Of a stretch of 64,000 bases of DNA, positions 47,257 through 58,276 are shown one piece after another. Each line of letters begins with the position of its first letter. The first letter of the stretch is position 1. Source of the stretch: Spirochaetaceae bacterium (lineage in GTDB: Bacteria; Spirochaetota; Spirochaetia; DSM-2461). Both the position numbers and the translations under genes were made by a program. The notes beneath the pieces were generated by a model, which made no database searches, had not been told where the DNA came from, and saw nothing but the letters and a program-made list of their open reading frames with translations. The stretch is taken from the NCBI GenBank assembly GCA_965224705.1, contig OZ245056.1:2592001-2656000 (forward strand), given 5' to 3'.

Positions 47257-48792
47257 TCATCTTCCTATAATCTCTCCCTGAAATACCTTTTCTACCAGAG
47301 CCGATCGGGTTTCAACCGGTTCTTCCGGCCGGGTATCCTGAATTTCTTCTGTTTGAACCTGAATAGAAAATGGCTGTAATCCAATTCTGTCACCGGCTTT
47401 GTGTAATATCTCAACTTTTTTCAGTACCATGTCAGTGTCAAATCTTGATAAGAAAATCATTGTCAGACAATTATCATTCCATTCCCACCGTTTGAGCCGC
47501 TCCAATGTTGTTCCCAGAGAGACATTGATATGTTTCACCTGGGTAATCAGCTCCTGAAGTTTTTCCTGGTCGAGATTATCAGATGCCTGTACCATACGGC
47601 TGATCTCCCCGCTCATCTCCTCTGGCCGGTCTTTGGTATTCCAGTCACCTTTTAGAAGTTCCTGCCGCAAACTCTTGATCTCATCAAGTATCTCGGAAGC
47701 ATCCAGTTTTTCAGACAGTCGACACAATCTTCCAGTGAAGAGTTCCAGCTCGTATCGGGGATTGATGGAATACCGCATGTTCCTGTAGAGAGTAAAAGCA
47801 TCCTCGGCCGCAGTATTCAGCCTTGTCAAACTCCAGTTCTCCCGGGGACTTGATGGAAAACTACCGGCACTTTGTCCCAAAAGGGATTCGTTTTCAATAC
47901 CATGATTCAATAGCACCAGATTCCGGAGGAAGTCTGCCATTTCGATTACAATCTGTTCAATTGCTTTACCCGACGAAATAATCTCATCCAGAAGTTCCAA
48001 TGATTCCTTCCTGCTGCCATTGGCTGCTGTTTCAAACAGTCTGGCTATGGATTCCATGCCCACAAGACCCATCTTTTCCCGAATTTCTGGGAGGGTTATT
48101 CTTCCTTCAGAAAAGGAGAGGATCTGGTCAAACAGTGTGTAAGCATCCCTCATGGAGCCTCCGGCTTCCCTGGCAATCCAGTACAGGGCGTCATCCTCAA
48201 AATCCCTCTTCATCTCACCAGCAACTTCAACCAGTTTATCCCGAATCAATTCAGGAGTGAATAGTCGGAACCTGAACTGCTGGCAGCGGGATCGTATTGT
48301 CGCAGGAACCTTGTGCACTTCCGTTGTCGCAAACATGAAAACTATGTAGGGAGGAGGCTCTTCGATTGTTTTTAATAACGCATTAAATGCACTGTTGGAC
48401 AGCATGTGAACTTCATCAATAATATAGACTTTTTTTGAAGAACTCTGCGGAGCGTAAAGAATTTCATCTTTGATTTCACGAACATCATTCACGCTGGTGT
48501 TGGATGCCCCATCTATTTCGATGACATCGGGTGAGTTGCCGTTTGCAATTTCCACACAGGGAGGGCATTCACCGCAGGGAGAGGCTGTTGGACCTTTTTT
48601 ACAGTTTAAGGACCTTGACAGTATCCTGGCAGTAGAAGTTTTGCCCGTGCCGCGTGGACCTGAAAAAAGATAGGCATGGGCAGTTTTATCTGTCTCCAGA
48701 GCATTGGACAATGTGGAAACAACAAACCCCTGGCCAACTATTTCCGCCAGAGTTCTGGGTCGTTTCCGTATTGCTGTGACTTCAAATTCCAT
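47257..48792 (-). CDS. dnaX: DNA polymerase III gamma/tau subunit
   Basis: Motifs GPRGTGKT, C4 zinc motif, DEVHML and SRCQ. Confidence 0.95.
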   Translation of the reverse strand: MEFEVTAIRKRPRTLAEIVGQGFVVSTLSNALETDKTAHAYLFSGPRGTGKTSTARILSRSLNCKKGPTASPCGECPPCVEIANGNSPDVIEIDGASNTSVNDVREIKDEILYAPQSSSKKVYIIDEVHMLSNSAFNALLKTIEEPPPYIVFMFATTEVHKVPATIRSRCQQFRFRLFTPELIRDKLVEVAGEMKRDFEDDALYWIAREAGGSMRDAYTLFDQILSFSEGRITLPEIREKMGLVGMESIARLFETAANGSRKESLELLDEIISSGKAIEQIVIEMADFLRNLVLLNHGIENESLLGQSAGSFPSSPRENWSLTRLNTAAEDAFTLYRNMRYSINPRYELELFTGRLCRLSEKLDASEILDEIKSLRQELLKGDWNTKDRPEEMSGEISRMVQASDNLDQEKLQELITQVKHINVSLGTTLERLKRWEWNDNCLTMIFLSRFDTDMVLKKVEILHKAGDRIGLQPFSIQVQTEEIQDTRPEEPVETRSALVEKVFQGEIIGR

Positions 48793-48841
48793 CAGTCTCT
48801 ATTCTAGCCTGAAACTCGGGAGATCACAAGACAAAAAACCC

Positions 48842-48946
48842 GCAATCTGTGAGTCTTGCGCGAACAGTGACTGACCGCTTACCGCTGCTTCCTTCCAGAC
48901 CTGACGGGGTTGGGCGGCAGTCATTAACACGGGACCCACAAACTGC
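48842..48946 (-). ncRNA. ffs: Small signal recognition particle RNA (4.5S)
   Basis: Minus strand contains the helix-8 motif GTCAGGTCTGGAAGGAAGCAGC within a long hairpin followed by a U-run. Lies directly upstream of dnaX. Confidence 0.93.
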
Positions 48947-48953
48947 GGGAAGA

Positions 48954-49041
48954 CGGAGCGGGAGGGATTCGAACCCTCGGTACCCGGTTAGAGTACATAC
49001 GCTTTCCAAGCGCACACCTTCGGCCTCTCGGTCACCACTCC
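48954..49041 (-). tRNA. tRNA-Ser(GGA)
   Basis: GGAGTGG/CCGCTCC acceptor stem, TT-GGA-AA anticodon loop, long variable arm and GGTTCGAATCC T-arm. Confidence 0.95.
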
Positions 49042-49278
49042 CAATGCCTGCATGACTGAAATCACAATCCTTCGGCATGCAGAACTATGTCTCCTGCTAT
49101 TTTCTTTTACATTGCATCGTGTTGCAACAGTATTTGTGATTGAATTCAGCACATCAGAAAGAAAGTGCCGCTCCCGGGAGTCCATCCATTTTTTTACAGC
49201 GCTACATCGTCAGAGGTATGGTGGCAGGTTCCGTAAAGTAATTCCTGCATCCGCATTCTTCGTTCCATCGGCAATGCT

Positions 49279-50640
49279 TCAAACTACTCCCTGGTCAATC
49301 ATGGCATCGGCGACTTTTCTAAAGCCGGCAACATTGGCCCCAACGACATAATCCTCAGGAACATCCAGATCCCGGGCAGCGGCCAGACAATCCTCATGAA
49401 TGCTATTCATAATGCCCCGCAACCGACCATCCACCTCCTCTCTGGTCCATGCCAGCCGCATACTGTTCTGTGACATTTCCAGGCCGGAAACAGCCACTCC
49501 TCCCGCGTTAGCGGCCTTTCCCGGCCCGAACAGGACGCCGGAAGATTGAAAGATGGAAACAGCATCGGGTTCCACCGGCATATTGGCCCCTTCTGCCACA
49601 CAAATACATCCGTTCTTAACGAGGGTCCGGGCATCGGATTCATTCACCTCGTTTTGTGTCGCACAGGGAAGTGCGATTTCAGCAGCTTCCAGTTCCCAGG
49701 GCCGTTTCCCTTCGTAGTATGTGGATTTGAATTCGTCCGCATATTCCTTGATACGTCCTCGACGCTGATTCTTGAGTTCCTTTACCCATTCCACCTTCTC
49801 CCGGGTGATTCCCTCATGATCGATTATGGAACCCGATGAGTCGGAGAATGAAATGGGGATTCCTCCAAGGTCAAGTACCTTTTCTGCGGCAAACTGAGCG
49901 ACATTTCCTGAACCTGAAACAAGAACTTTTTTCCCTTCAAAGGTTGTTTTTCGTGCGGCTTCCAGCATGGCCTGTGCAAAGTAAACCGCACCATAGCCTG
50001 TGGCCTCCGGCCGAATCAAACTTCCTCCCCACTTCAAACCCTTCCCGGTGAGAATGCCTTCAAAAGCGTTGCGAAGTTTTTTGTATCGTCCAAACATATA
50101 GCCAATTTCTCGGCCGCCAACACCAATATCTCCCGCAGGAACATCGGTATTCGGGCCAATATGACGATGCAGTTCATCCATGAAGGCATGACAGAACCTC
50201 ATTATTTCGTCATCTTTTTTTCCCTTTGGATCAAAATCACTGCCGCCTTTTCCACCTCCAAGGGGAAGGCCGGTCAGGCTGTTTTTGAATATCTGCTCAA
50301 ATCCTAAGAATTTCAGGATTCCCAGAGTCACGGAAGGATGAAAACGAAGACCGCCTTTGTAGGGGCCGAGTGAACTGCTGAACTCAACACGAAAACCACT
50401 GTTTACCTGGACTTCTCCACTGTCATTTGTCCATGGGACCCGAAATATTATTACACGTTCAGGCTCCACCAATCGCTCCAGAATGCGATGCTTCCTGTAA
50501 CGCGGCTCCCTGTCCATCAATGGTCCAAGGGATTCCAGAACTTCCTGAGCGGCTTGAAGAAACTCATGTTCCCAGGGGTATTTCCCGGACAGTTTTTCAT
50601 ACACTTCATTTGCATATCCACGCATATTCATACACTCCAT
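49279..50640 (-). CDS. gdhA: NADP-specific glutamate dehydrogenase
   Basis: Motifs GPYKGGLRFHP, GGKGGSDFDPKGK, PAGDIGVG and GKAANAGGVA. Exact start is uncertain among nearby ATG/GTG codons. Confidence 0.95.
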   Translation of the reverse strand: MECMNMRGYANEVYEKLSGKYPWEHEFLQAAQEVLESLGPLMDREPRYRKHRILERLVEPERVIIFRVPWTNDSGEVQVNSGFRVEFSSSLGPYKGGLRFHPSVTLGILKFLGFEQIFKNSLTGLPLGGGKGGSDFDPKGKKDDEIMRFCHAFMDELHRHIGPNTDVPAGDIGVGGREIGYMFGRYKKLRNAFEGILTGKGLKWGGSLIRPEATGYGAVYFAQAMLEAARKTTFEGKKVLVSGSGNVAQFAAEKVLDLGGIPISFSDSSGSIIDHEGITREKVEWVKELKNQRRGRIKEYADEFKSTYYEGKRPWELEAAEIALPCATQNEVNESDARTLVKNGCICVAEGANMPVEPDAVSIFQSSGVLFGPGKAANAGGVAVSGLEMSQNSMRLAWTREEVDGRLRGIMNSIHEDCLAAARDLDVPEDYVVGANVAGFRKVADAMIDQGVV

Positions 50641-50918
50641 TAAATCGAAAAGTATAGAAGTATATCAAAAGATCCATTCTTGATAGAAGCAGATTGGGTT
50701 GATATTCGGGTAGATAATTGAGGTTTCAGCAACAATACTCTGGCGATATCCTCGATCTGGTTTCAATGCCTTCTTATCCTGTTGTGCCGACTGAAACCGG
50801 GAGAATGTTGAAGAATAAGTAGATTTCGACATTGATATTCCACAGGCTTATGTTTATCTTTGTAACTTTGTAACTACTGCCGGAAAGAGTATCTGACTTA
50901 AGGACGAGGAGCGTTTAC

Positions 50919-53900
50919 ATGCTTAAGACCAGCGGGCTGTATGACCCTCTACAGGAACACGATGCCTGTGGAGTTGGATTCATCGCCAGGATTAACGGAA
51001 TTAAATCCCATGACATAGTTGAAAAAGGTGTGGAGATCCTCTGCAGGCTTGAGCACCGGGGAGCTGTAGGAGGGGATCAAAAAAGTGGTGACGGGGCCGG
51101 TATGCTCATACAGATGCCCCATGATTTTCTTGATAAGGCAACCTCCTTCTCACTCCCGGAGGCAGGTACGTACGGAGTGGGAATGACATTTCTGCCGGAA
51201 AATCCAGAAAGGCGGTCAATTGCTGCTCAAATGACAGAGAAGATCTGTGCTGCTGAAGGATGGGATTTTCTTGGGTGGCGGGATGTGGAGGTTAATCCGG
51301 ATTGTCTGGGTGATATTGCCCGACGGAGCATGCCATGCATCCGGCAGTTCTTTGTAAAAAAAGATTCACTCTCGGGGAAAAACCTGGAAAGGCATTTGTA
51401 CATATTGCGGAAATGCCTGATCCGAGCCGGTAATGAGGCTGGTTTTGTTATCGAAGAATACTACATGGTTTCACTTTCCAGTCAAACAATTGTTTATAAG
51501 GGAATGTTCGTAGCCAGCCAGTTTCTTTCTTTTTATACGGAATTAACGGACCCGGACATGGTGAGTGCTCTGGCATTGGTTCATCAGCGGTACAGTACAA
51601 ATACCTTTCCTTCGTGGCCACTGGCTCATCCTTTTCGGTACATTGCCCACAACGGCGAATTCAACACTATCAGACGGAATCTCAACACAATGCACGCCCG
51701 GCAGGCCAGTCTTTCTTCGGAACTTTTCGGGGATGAACTTGAAAAACTATATCCCATAGCTGTTTCAAAGGGGAGTGATTCCGCCGTATTTGATAATGTT
51801 TTTGAGCTTCTGGTTCATGCCGGCAGGGATATGGAGCATGCCATCATGATGATGATACCGGAAACCTTCGGTGCCAAATATCATATGTCCGAGGATAAAC
51901 GGGCTTTTTACGAGTATCATGCGGCAGTCATGGAACCCTGGGATGGACCCGCTGTTATCGCCTTTACCGATGGGACGAGAATCGGGGCAACTCTGGATCG
52001 GAATGGTCTCCGGCCGGGCCGATACACGGTCAGCAGGGATGGATTGGTAGTGATGGCTTCTGAAGCCGGTGTGATTGATTTTAAACCGGAAGAAATATTG
52101 GAAAAAGGGCGGCTGGCACCGGGGAAAATATTCGTTGTGGATGTCAATCGCGGACGCATTATTCGTGACAATGAGGTAAAAAGCCGCATAAGTTTGAAAG
52201 TTCCCTACCGGCGCTGGCTCAGTGAGGAAAAAATTGAACTCTCCGGACTTTTACAGGCACCGCGCAAGGCCAGGTACGACCCCAAAACCCTGAGTTTCAT
52301 CATGAGATCATTCGGCTATACATTCGAGGATATGAAAAAAATCATTATTCCCATGGCCCAGAATGGCCAGGAGCCCGTGGGTTCCATGGGCAATGATAAT
52401 CCAGTACCCGTACTCTCTGAAAAACCCGTCCTGCTCTTTGACTATTTCCGGCAGCACTTTGCCCAGGTGACCAATCCTCCCATTGATCCGTATCGGGAAA
52501 ATCTTGTTATGTCCCTGATGAGTTTTGTGGGCAGGGAAGGCAATCTGCTCACTGAAACCCCTTCCCACTGCCGTCAGCTAAAATTAGCTCATCCTGTACT
52601 CACCAATGATGATATCAAGTACCTGAGAGAAGTGGAAATAGAGGACTTCTCTGTATCAACGGTTGGATTGATCTATTCTGCCGATCTCCCCCCGGGAAGT
52701 ATGGAGAAAAAGCTTCAAAACGTGTGTCTGGAGGTGGAAGAGGCCATTAATAAGGGCACTTCACTGGTTATTCTGACAGATAGAGGGATTGACAGGCATC
52801 ATCTGGCCATACCCACACTTCTTGCCGTTTCCGCCATTCATCATCATTTGATACAGGTTGGTAAACGTCATCTGGCTGGCTTGCTTCTGGAATCCGGAGA
52901 GGTGAGGGAGGTCCATCATTTTGCAACCCTCATAAGTTTTGGATGCAGCGGCATCAATCCATATCTTGTGTTTGAAGTTCTTTCAGACACAAGGAAAAGA
53001 GGTTACTTCCCCGAAAATCTTTCCCTGCAGCACGCAATGGAGCATTATATTATGGCCATAAAAAAGGGCCTGTTAAAAGTTATGTCCAAGATGGGCATTT
53101 CCACTCTGAGAAGCTACAGGGGATCCCAGAGTTTTGAAGCTGTTGGTCTGTCAGAATCCCTGATAAATAAATACTTTCCGGGCACTGTATCCCGCATCGG
53201 CGGATTGGATATGGCTGCCCTTGAAAAAGATTTGCTTTCCCGTCATCAATCGGCCTGGGCAAGAGACAATGTTTATGCGAATCGATTCCCATCCGGAGGA
53301 GTTTATTCATCCCGTGTGGACAACGACCGTCATCTATTTGATTCGGATGCCATCGTCGCCATGCAGAAAGCTGTACGGACAGGAGACTATCAGGCATTCA
53401 AGGAGTATTCGTTCATCGTCAACGACAGGGCCAGAGGACTGAATACTCTCCGGGGACTTTTCAGTTTCCACAGGGGAAAATCAATTCCCATCGATCAGGT
53501 TGAAAGCGTGGAAGCCATAGTTAAACGGTTTACAACAGGGGCCATGTCGTTTGGGTCAATCAGCCGGGAAACTCATGAAACAATTGCCATAGCCATGAAT
53601 GGCCTGGGAGCCCGGAGCAATTCGGGGGAAGGGGGTGAAGATGAAAGCAGGTGTGAAATTGATGAAAATGGGGCTGACAGGAAGAGTCATACAAGACAGA
53701 TAGCTTCAGGCCGCTTCGGAGTGAATGCGGCCTACCTGGCCAACTGCAGTGAGCTGCAGATTAAAATGGCTCAGGGGGCCAAGCCCGGCGAAGGCGGTCA
53801 ACTGCCGGGGCATAAAGTAGACGAGGTGATAGCCCGGGTTCGTTTCACCACGCCGGGAGTGATGCTCATCAGCCCTCCTCCACACCATGATATCTACTCA

Positions 53901-55451
53901 ATCGAGGATCTTTCCCAGTTGATTTATGACCTTAAAAATGCCAATCCCCAGGCCCGGATTTCTGTAAAGCTTGTGTCGGAATCGGGTGTGGGTACCGTCG
54001 CGGCCGGAGTCGCCAAGGGTAAAGCGGACATGGTTCTTATTTCCGGATGTGATGGAGGAACAGGAGCAAGTCCTTTGAGTTCCATAAAATATGCTGGTAC
54101 CTGGTGGGAACTGGGACTGGCAGAAACTCAGCAGGTGCTGGTTATGAATAAACTCAGGAGCCGTATAAGGGTGCAGACTGATGGTCAATTGAAAACTGGC
54201 CGGGATGTAGCCATTGCGGCTCTTCTTGGAGCCGAGGAGTTTGGTTTCGGAACAACAACCCTTGTTTCTCTTGGATGCGTCATGATGAGAGCCTGCCATA
54301 CAAATGCCTGTCCGGTTGGAATTACGACCCAGAATCCAGAGCTGCGCAGGAGATTTACAGGAAAACCGGAACATCTACAGAATTTCATGAAATTCATAGC
54401 TCAGGAGTTGCGGGAAATCATGGCCGAACTTGGTTTTGAAACTGTCGATGACATGGTCGGCCGGGTGGAGATGCTGAAAGTAGATGAGGCCATCGATCAC
54501 TACAAGGCGAAGGGACTTGATTTTTCAAGAATTCTCCATCCAGCTGAACGACCTGATAATGAACCACTTCACTGCACTGGTTCTCAGGAGCATGATTTCT
54601 CCCTCTCCCTGGATCCTTCTCTCATAGAGGAATGCCTCCCAGCCATTGAACAGGGTGAAAAAGTCCAGATTGAGCGGAAAATCCGCAACTGTAACCGAAG
54701 TGTTGGAACTACTCTGAGTTACAGGGTTACCATGGTTCATGGTTCGGCCGGGTTGCCGGATGATACGATTACTGTGAACTTCAATGGCTCAGCGGGCCAG
54801 AGTTTCGGTGCATTTCTAACACGGGGGATTACATTTCATCTCGTTGGTGAAGCCAATGACTATTTTGGAAAGGGGCTTTCCGGAGGTCAGCTTATTTTAA
54901 CACCTCCTCAAGGAGTCACGTTCTCCGGTTATAGAAATATTATAACGGGTAATGTGAATCTCTTTGGAGCGACTGAAGGCAGGGCATTCATCAATGGTAT
55001 GGCCGGTGAACGGTTTTGTGTTCGTAATTCCGGAGCCATTGCTGTTGTTGAAGGTGTTGGAGACCATGGCTGTGAATACATGACGGGGGGAATCGTCGTT
55101 ATTCTTGGACCGACAGGTGTGAACTTTGCGGCTGGAATGTCGGGAGGAATCGTGTATGCCTATGATGACAGTCAGTTGTTTGATACACGGTGCAATCTTG
55201 AAATGGTGGATATTGAACCGGTTGTGGAGGAAGAAGATATTGCACAGCTTCATCAGCTTGTCAAACAGCATACAGAGTACACTGGAAGTCTTGTAGGGAA
55301 ATGGATCCTTGAATCATGGGAGGAAAGCCTGCCGCGCTTTGTAAAAGTGATCCCCATAGAATACAAGCGTGCCCTGGAGAACATCCTCAAGAGAGAGACT
55401 CAGAAAACAGATACAATGGTCATTACTGAGGAGGTTTTGTTCAATGGGTAA
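50919..55451 (+). CDS. gltB: Glutamate synthase large subunit
   Basis: Motifs EHDACGVG, HQRYSTNT, QGAKPGEGGQLPG and the 3Fe-4S motif CVMMRACH..C. Confidence 0.97.
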   Translation: MLKTSGLYDPLQEHDACGVGFIARINGIKSHDIVEKGVEILCRLEHRGAVGGDQKSGDGAGMLIQMPHDFLDKATSFSLPEAGTYGVGMTFLPENPERRSIAAQMTEKICAAEGWDFLGWRDVEVNPDCLGDIARRSMPCIRQFFVKKDSLSGKNLERHLYILRKCLIRAGNEAGFVIEEYYMVSLSSQTIVYKGMFVASQFLSFYTELTDPDMVSALALVHQRYSTNTFPSWPLAHPFRYIAHNGEFNTIRRNLNTMHARQASLSSELFGDELEKLYPIAVSKGSDSAVFDNVFELLVHAGRDMEHAIMMMIPETFGAKYHMSEDKRAFYEYHAAVMEPWDGPAVIAFTDGTRIGATLDRNGLRPGRYTVSRDGLVVMASEAGVIDFKPEEILEKGRLAPGKIFVVDVNRGRIIRDNEVKSRISLKVPYRRWLSEEKIELSGLLQAPRKARYDPKTLSFIMRSFGYTFEDMKKIIIPMAQNGQEPVGSMGNDNPVPVLSEKPVLLFDYFRQHFAQVTNPPIDPYRENLVMSLMSFVGREGNLLTETPSHCRQLKLAHPVLTNDDIKYLREVEIEDFSVSTVGLIYSADLPPGSMEKKLQNVCLEVEEAINKGTSLVILTDRGIDRHHLAIPTLLAVSAIHHHLIQVGKRHLAGLLLESGEVREVHHFATLISFGCSGINPYLVFEVLSDTRKRGYFPENLSLQHAMEHYIMAIKKGLLKVMSKMGISTLRSYRGSQSFEAVGLSESLINKYFPGTVSRIGGLDMAALEKDLLSRHQSAWARDNVYANRFPSGGVYSSRVDNDRHLFDSDAIVAMQKAVRTGDYQAFKEYSFIVNDRARGLNTLRGLFSFHRGKSIPIDQVESVEAIVKRFTTGAMSFGSISRETHETIAIAMNGLGARSNSGEGGEDESRCEIDENGADRKSHTRQIASGRFGVNAAYLANCSELQIKMAQGAKPGEGGQLPGHKVDEVIARVRFTTPGVMLISPPPHHDIYSIEDLSQLIYDLKNANPQARISVKLVSESGVGTVAAGVAKGKADMVLISGCDGGTGASPLSSIKYAGTWWELGLAETQQVLVMNKLRSRIRVQTDGQLKTGRDVAIAALLGAEEFGFGTTTLVSLGCVMMRACHTNACPVGITTQNPELRRRFTGKPEHLQNFMKFIAQELREIMAELGFETVDDMVGRVEMLKVDEAIDHYKAKGLDFSRILHPAERPDNEPLHCTGSQEHDFSLSLDPSLIEECLPAIEQGEKVQIERKIRNCNRSVGTTLSYRVTMVHGSAGLPDDTITVNFNGSAGQSFGAFLTRGITFHLVGEANDYFGKGLSGGQLILTPPQGVTFSGYRNIITGNVNLFGATEGRAFINGMAGERFCVRNSGAIAVVEGVGDHGCEYMTGGIVVILGPTGVNFAAGMSGGIVYAYDDSQLFDTRCNLEMVDIEPVVEEEDIAQLHQLVKQHTEYTGSLVGKWILESWEESLPRFVKVIPIEYKRALENILKRETQKTDTMVITEEVLFNG

Positions 55452-56868
55452 GATTAATGGTTTCTTAGACTATAAACGCACTGAGATAGAGTACCGCAGC
55501 CTGGAGAACCGACTGGGTGACTATCAGGAGGTTACCATAGACAAAAAAGTGGAGGATCTGGTGGAGCAGGGGGGACGCTGCATGGCCTGCGGTACACCTT
55601 TCTGTCATACAATCGGCTGCCCGATTGTCAATCTCATACCGGAATGGAATGATGCCATCTGGCGCGGACAGTGGATGGAAGCCTTTGAACGGCTGGAAAT
55701 AACAAACAACTTCCCTGAGTTTACAGGCCGTGTCTGTCCGGCTCCCTGTGAAACATCCTGTACCCTGTCTATCAATGATTCACCGGTAACCATAAAACAA
55801 AATGAAAGAGCTATAATAGAAAAGGCCTTTGAAGAGGGATGGGTGGTTCCCCGGCCTCCCAGACATGAATCAGGCCGTGCGGTGGCCATTATTGGATCAG
55901 GACCGGCTGGATTGGCCGCATCCCAGGAACTGCGGCGGGCCGGTCATTCGGTCACTCTGTTTGAGAAGAATCAAAAAATCGGAGGTCTGCTCCGCTATGG
56001 TATTCCTGATTTCAAACTCGACAAAAAAGTCATCGACCGTCGTCTCAAGCAGTTGGCCGCTGAGGGCATTGTTTTTGAAACAGGTGTGACGGTGGGGGAT
56101 GACCTTTCAATTCGTTACCTGCAGAAGAAATTTGATGCCATTCTCTTCGCCATGGGAGCCCATGTCCCGCGGGATCTCCCTGTGCCGGGCCGGGATCTGG
56201 ACGGCATCCACTTTGCGATGGAATTTCTGGGTCAGTCGAACAGGCGGGTCAGTGGAGAGGCATTTGATACGCCGGAAATAACGGCTGAGGGGAAGAATGT
56301 CCTTGTTATCGGCGGGGGCGATACTGGTTCGGACTGTGTTGGAACTTCCCGGCGGCAGGGTGCGGCCAATGTGTATCAATATGAGATAATGCCCCGGCCC
56401 ATGACATGGGATAATCCATGGAATCCTTCCTGGCCGGAGTGGCCAGAGATCCTGCGTACTTCCTCCAGCCACAAGGAAGGCGTGGAACGGGACTGGAACA
56501 TTGAAACCCTGAAATTTGAAGGGAATAACGGTCGGGTGAACAGGGGAGAGTTCCGCCGCATTGAGTGGGTGCCTGGAGCAAAAGGAGCACGGCCGTCAAT
56601 GAAGGCGGTGGAGAAGAGTGGATTCACTCTGGATGTGGACCTTGTTCTCTTAGCCATGGGTTTTGTGCATCTGGAACACAGCCGTGCTGTGAATGATCCA
56701 GGAATTGCCCTTGATGCCCGCGGCAATATTCTGACGAAGAACTTTCATGCCAATGTGGACGGCTTTTTCGCAGCCGGAGATGCCGTAACAGGATCTTCCC
56801 TGGTGGTGAGAGCTATCCATCATGGCCGCCTGGCAGCCAGAGCAGTTCACGAATGGCTGTCTAATTGA
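55444..56868 (+). CDS. gltD: Glutamate synthase small subunit
   Basis: Starts MGKINGF. Motifs RCMACG.PFC, GSGPAG and GGGDTGSDC. Confidence 0.95.
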   Translation: MGKINGFLDYKRTEIEYRSLENRLGDYQEVTIDKKVEDLVEQGGRCMACGTPFCHTIGCPIVNLIPEWNDAIWRGQWMEAFERLEITNNFPEFTGRVCPAPCETSCTLSINDSPVTIKQNERAIIEKAFEEGWVVPRPPRHESGRAVAIIGSGPAGLAASQELRRAGHSVTLFEKNQKIGGLLRYGIPDFKLDKKVIDRRLKQLAAEGIVFETGVTVGDDLSIRYLQKKFDAILFAMGAHVPRDLPVPGRDLDGIHFAMEFLGQSNRRVSGEAFDTPEITAEGKNVLVIGGGDTGSDCVGTSRRQGAANVYQYEIMPRPMTWDNPWNPSWPEWPEILRTSSSHKEGVERDWNIETLKFEGNNGRVNRGEFRRIEWVPGAKGARPSMKAVEKSGFTLDVDLVLLAMGFVHLEHSRAVNDPGIALDARGNILTKNFHANVDGFFAAGDAVTGSSLVVRAIHHGRLAARAVHEWLSN

Positions 56869-58276
56869 TGATGAGGCCGATTCGTTCCTTTCGGCGTTCT
56901 GTCTTTCCTCTGTGAAGGGATAGATAGGCTTTTACCGGGGGTATACTGACCAGGTTCCGCAAAGTGCTGTCAGCCGCCCGGGTGTAGGGATTGTTCTCAA
57001 AATCCAGCAGACGGAGAAGGGGAGCCAGGGCCTCTACACGGCCAGCCTCCGCAAATTCTCTGACGGCCGCTGCCTGTTCATGGAGGAGGTATAGATCATC
57101 GGAATCGTTCACATCCAGCAGCAGCAGGGTGCATAACTCTTTGCGGGATCTGTCGGCCATTTCTGAATTGGGGGCCAGCAGAATGACTTTTTCAAGAACC
57201 GGCCGCTGCTGGTTGAAATCAAACTCACCGGGAAATTTTTTCATGATTCGGGAAAGACGGTAGTAGTACTCGGGAAACGATGAGAAATAGCTTTCCAGTA
57301 ACAGCATGGCTCCTGCACCATCCAGACCGGCCAACCCACTTTCAATTCCTGCCGACAGCCCCATGTATGCCCAGACTGGATTCTCAATGTTTTCGTCGGC
57401 TAGAATTCTGTACGCAGTGAGCCAGTCTCCCGATTCCATGGCAAGCAGTGCATCAAGGAAGGGTTCATCATCCAGATCAGCTTTCAGTTCCTGGAGGTTT
57501 GCGGTGATTTCCTGTGAACTGACTTTGCCAACGGCGTGGCTGTATCGGAGGTCCAGGTAGGCTGTAAGAAGACTCAGCGGAATATCTCCGGATTCTTCAT
57601 GGAGGGTTGAGAGAAGCACTCCCGTTCCCAATGTATATCCATTCCTTTTGAAGGATTCATAGGCCGCTTCAAGAGCATCGTCCCATCGGCTGTTTTCCAT
57701 CAGGAGTCCGGTATAAGCTTGAAAATCAATGTCCCTGAATATATCGCGATGGCTGTTCCATACTGTTCTGTAATCTGTCAGGGCGGAATCTGTATCTTTC
57801 AGGGCGAACGAAGCCCTGGCACGATTTAATCGACTCCCAAGGGGATCTTCCGGGTTGGCTGCTAGCGCAGCACTGACAGCCGATAGAACCTCATCAAAGC
57901 GATTCTGCTTGAGAGCAATTTCACTGCGAGTCACATTGAGTACGTAAATTGTTTCAGGATCACTTCCTTTCTTAACCTTTTCCATTGCCTTTTTAAGGAT
58001 TCTATCGGCCTGGGTCCAATCTCCCATCATGAGATTGACCGCAGCAAGATTGGTGAGTATGTCTGGATTGTTCGGATGTTCTTCCAGAATGGATTCCAAC
58101 CCGCTGCGGATGGAATCATAATCATTCCTCTCCATGATCAGTTTGACTTCGTTGCTGACCGTTTCAGCACCACACGAGAAGAAGGATAGTACAATCAGTA
58201 GAATGAGTTCAAAATACTGTCTGCCTGCGGTGGAGGCACTGCCGATTCTTCGTTTCGGAAAATGGATAACAGGCAT
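56861..58276 (-). CDS. TPR-containing putative lipoprotein
   Basis: Hydrophobic stretch ends in FFSC, followed by helical TPR-like repeats. ATG 58276 after AAGGGG is preferred over 58522. Confidence 0.7.
   Translation of the reverse strand: MPVIHFPKRRIGSASTAGRQYFELILLIVLSFFSCGAETVSNEVKLIMERNDYDSIRSGLESILEEHPNNPDILTNLAAVNLMMGDWTQADRILKKAMEKVKKGSDPETIYVLNVTRSEIALKQNRFDEVLSAVSAALAANPEDPLGSRLNRARASFALKDTDSALTDYRTVWNSHRDIFRDIDFQAYTGLLMENSRWDDALEAAYESFKRNGYTLGTGVLLSTLHEESGDIPLSLLTAYLDLRYSHAVGKVSSQEITANLQELKADLDDEPFLDALLAMESGDWLTAYRILADENIENPVWAYMGLSAGIESGLAGLDGAGAMLLLESYFSSFPEYYYRLSRIMKKFPGEFDFNQQRPVLEKVILLAPNSEMADRSRKELCTLLLLDVNDSDDLYLLHEQAAAVREFAEAGRVEALAPLLRLLDFENNPYTRAADSTLRNLVSIPPVKAYLSLHRGKTERRKERIGLIIN

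Noticed and set aside
47415..47421. AAAAAAG in dnaX resembling the E. coli gamma frameshift site
   Set aside because: It is read AAA-AAA-G rather than A-AAA-AAG and lies near the C-terminus. No stimulatory elements were identified.
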